Shown one piece after another: positions 63,115 through 64,000 of a stretch of 64,000 nucleotides of DNA. The translations under genes were made by a program, and so were the position numbers. The notes under the pieces were generated by a model that made no database searches, was not told where the DNA came from, and saw nothing but the letters and a program-made list of their open reading frames with translations. Source of the stretch: Janthinobacterium lividum (GTDB lineage: Bacteria; Bacteroidota; Bacteroidia; Sphingobacteriales; Sphingobacteriaceae); the NCBI GenBank assembly GCA_050954865.1, contig JBPBQN010000160.1:695-64694 (forward strand), written 5' to 3'. Every line of letters begins with the position of its first letter. The first letter of the stretch is position 1.

Positions 63115-64000
63115 TGCGGAATTGTAGGTTATATTGGTTATCGTGATGCTTATCCGATTGTTATCAAAGGTTTACACCGGTTAGAATACCGCGGTTACGA
63201 TAGCGCAGGTGTAGCTTTGCTGGATCAGGATTTAAAAGTTTATAAAAAAGCCGGAAAAGTTAGCGATCTGGAAAATTTTGTAAAAGATATTCCGCTAAAA
63301 GGTACTATCGGCATGGGCCACACACGTTGGGCCACGCACGGTGCACCAAGTGATCGCAACTCGCATCCGCATTCTTCCGGCAACCGCAAACTCACCATTA
63401 TTCACAATGGCATTATCGAGAATTATGCAACGATAAAAGAAGCATTGATCGAAAAAGGCCACGAATTTAAAAGCGATACCGATACCGAAGTTTTAATTCA
63501 TCTGATTGAAAATATCCAGGATGAAACAAAACTCGACATAAAAGAAGCCGTTCGAGTAGCGTTAACGCAAGTTATTGGTGCTTACGCGATTGTGGTGATG
63601 AGCAGCGATGAGCCCGATTTGCTGATTGCTGCTCGAAAAGGAAGTCCGCTGGTAATTGGTATTGGCAAAGGAGAATATTTTATTGCTTCGGATGCTACGC
63701 CGATTGTAGAATACACCAAAAACGTTATTTACTTAAATGATAACGAAATTGCGATCCTCAACCGGGAAAATTTGCTGATCAAAAGCATTGATAACATCGT
63801 CCAAACACCTTACGTGCACGAGCTGGAACTGAAGCTCGAAATGCTGGAAAAAGGTGGTTTTGATCATTTTATGCTGAAGGAAATTTATGAACAGCCGCGA
63901 TCCATTCGTGATTGTATGCGTGGCCGTATTTATCCGCAGCAAGGCCGTGTTCAGCTGGGGGGTTTGGAACCTTATGCAGAAAAACTAAAAAATATTGACC
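63112..64000 (+). CDS. glmS: glutamine--fructose-6-phosphate aminotransferase, N-terminal part (runs off the window end)
   Basis: Not in the ORF track because it has no stop in the window. ATG 63112 gives MCGIVGYIGYRDAYPIVIKGLHRLEYRGYDSAGVAL (Ntn amidotransferase Cys2). Confidence 0.95.
   Translation, partial: MCGIVGYIGYRDAYPIVIKGLHRLEYRGYDSAGVALLDQDLKVYKKAGKVSDLENFVKDIPLKGTIGMGHTRWATHGAPSDRNSHPHSSGNRKLTIIHNGIIENYATIKEALIEKGHEFKSDTDTEVLIHLIENIQDETKLDIKEAVRVALTQVIGAYAIVVMSSDEPDLLIAARKGSPLVIGIGKGEYFIASDATPIVEYTKNVIYLNDNEIAILNRENLLIKSIDNIVQTPYVHELELKLEMLEKGGFDHFMLKEIYEQPRSIRDCMRGRIYPQQGRVQLGGLEPYAEKLKNID

Noticed and set aside
63733-63942. 69-aa minus-strand ORF
   Set aside because: It is antisense to the glmS coding frame, which is open from 63112 to the end of the window.
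1-64000. Search for tRNA, rRNA, tmRNA, RNase P or known riboswitches in intergenic regions
   Set aside because: I found no cloverleaf-like GC-rich segments and no recognisable conserved riboswitch cores by eye. The intergenic space is mostly AT-rich or repeat-derived. A covariance-model scan (Infernal/Rfam, tRNAscan-SE) would be needed to be sure.

Overview
This 64-kb chromosomal segment looks like Bacteroidota, probably Sphingobacteriia/Chitinophagia-like. Evidence: TAnnTTTG -7 promoter boxes, very short or absent leaders, and lineage markers (DUF4270 protein, IPExxxVDY protein, short GT5 glycogen synthase, a bS22-type mini ribosomal protein). I call about 62 protein genes, mostly housekeeping: radA, rng, mutY, pyk, acpP-fabF-rnc, yicC-gmk-nadD-miaE, rplM-rpsI-rpsB-tsf, nagA, pyrH-frr, recG, rimP-nusA-infB, panD-panC and glmS. 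By eye I found no rRNA, tRNA, CRISPR array, transposase or integrase. Three things stand out. (1) An AT-richer, tightly packed island at about 7.3-14.5 kb. It joins an E1-like(ThiF)/nitroreductase fusion enzyme and an orphan LuxI/GNAT-like protein to a 7TMR-DISM sensor kinase, a hybrid kinase and REC-only proteins. I read it as a candidate signal-synthase/receptor cassette that matches no named system. (2) A second AT-rich glycan/LPS-type cluster at 44.4-52.0 kb, with tandem GT9-like paralogs, one carrying a large in-frame deletion. (3) A very dense population of short interspersed repeats: about 30 copies of a ~25-nt GATAAAAGAAGCAT / GGTAAAAACAGTAT motif, two hairpin MITE-like families and a ~280-nt nested palindrome. 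Some look-alike copies lie inside coding sequence. Three sub-60-aa genes missed by the ORF track are proposed: a bS22-like protein, a DUF2442 protein, and a small membrane protein coupled to ridA. I also propose a decayed DUF4160 pseudogene and a terminator-like hairpin in the rimP-nusA-infB leader. All calls rest on reading the sequence and remembered family signatures; no searches were run.
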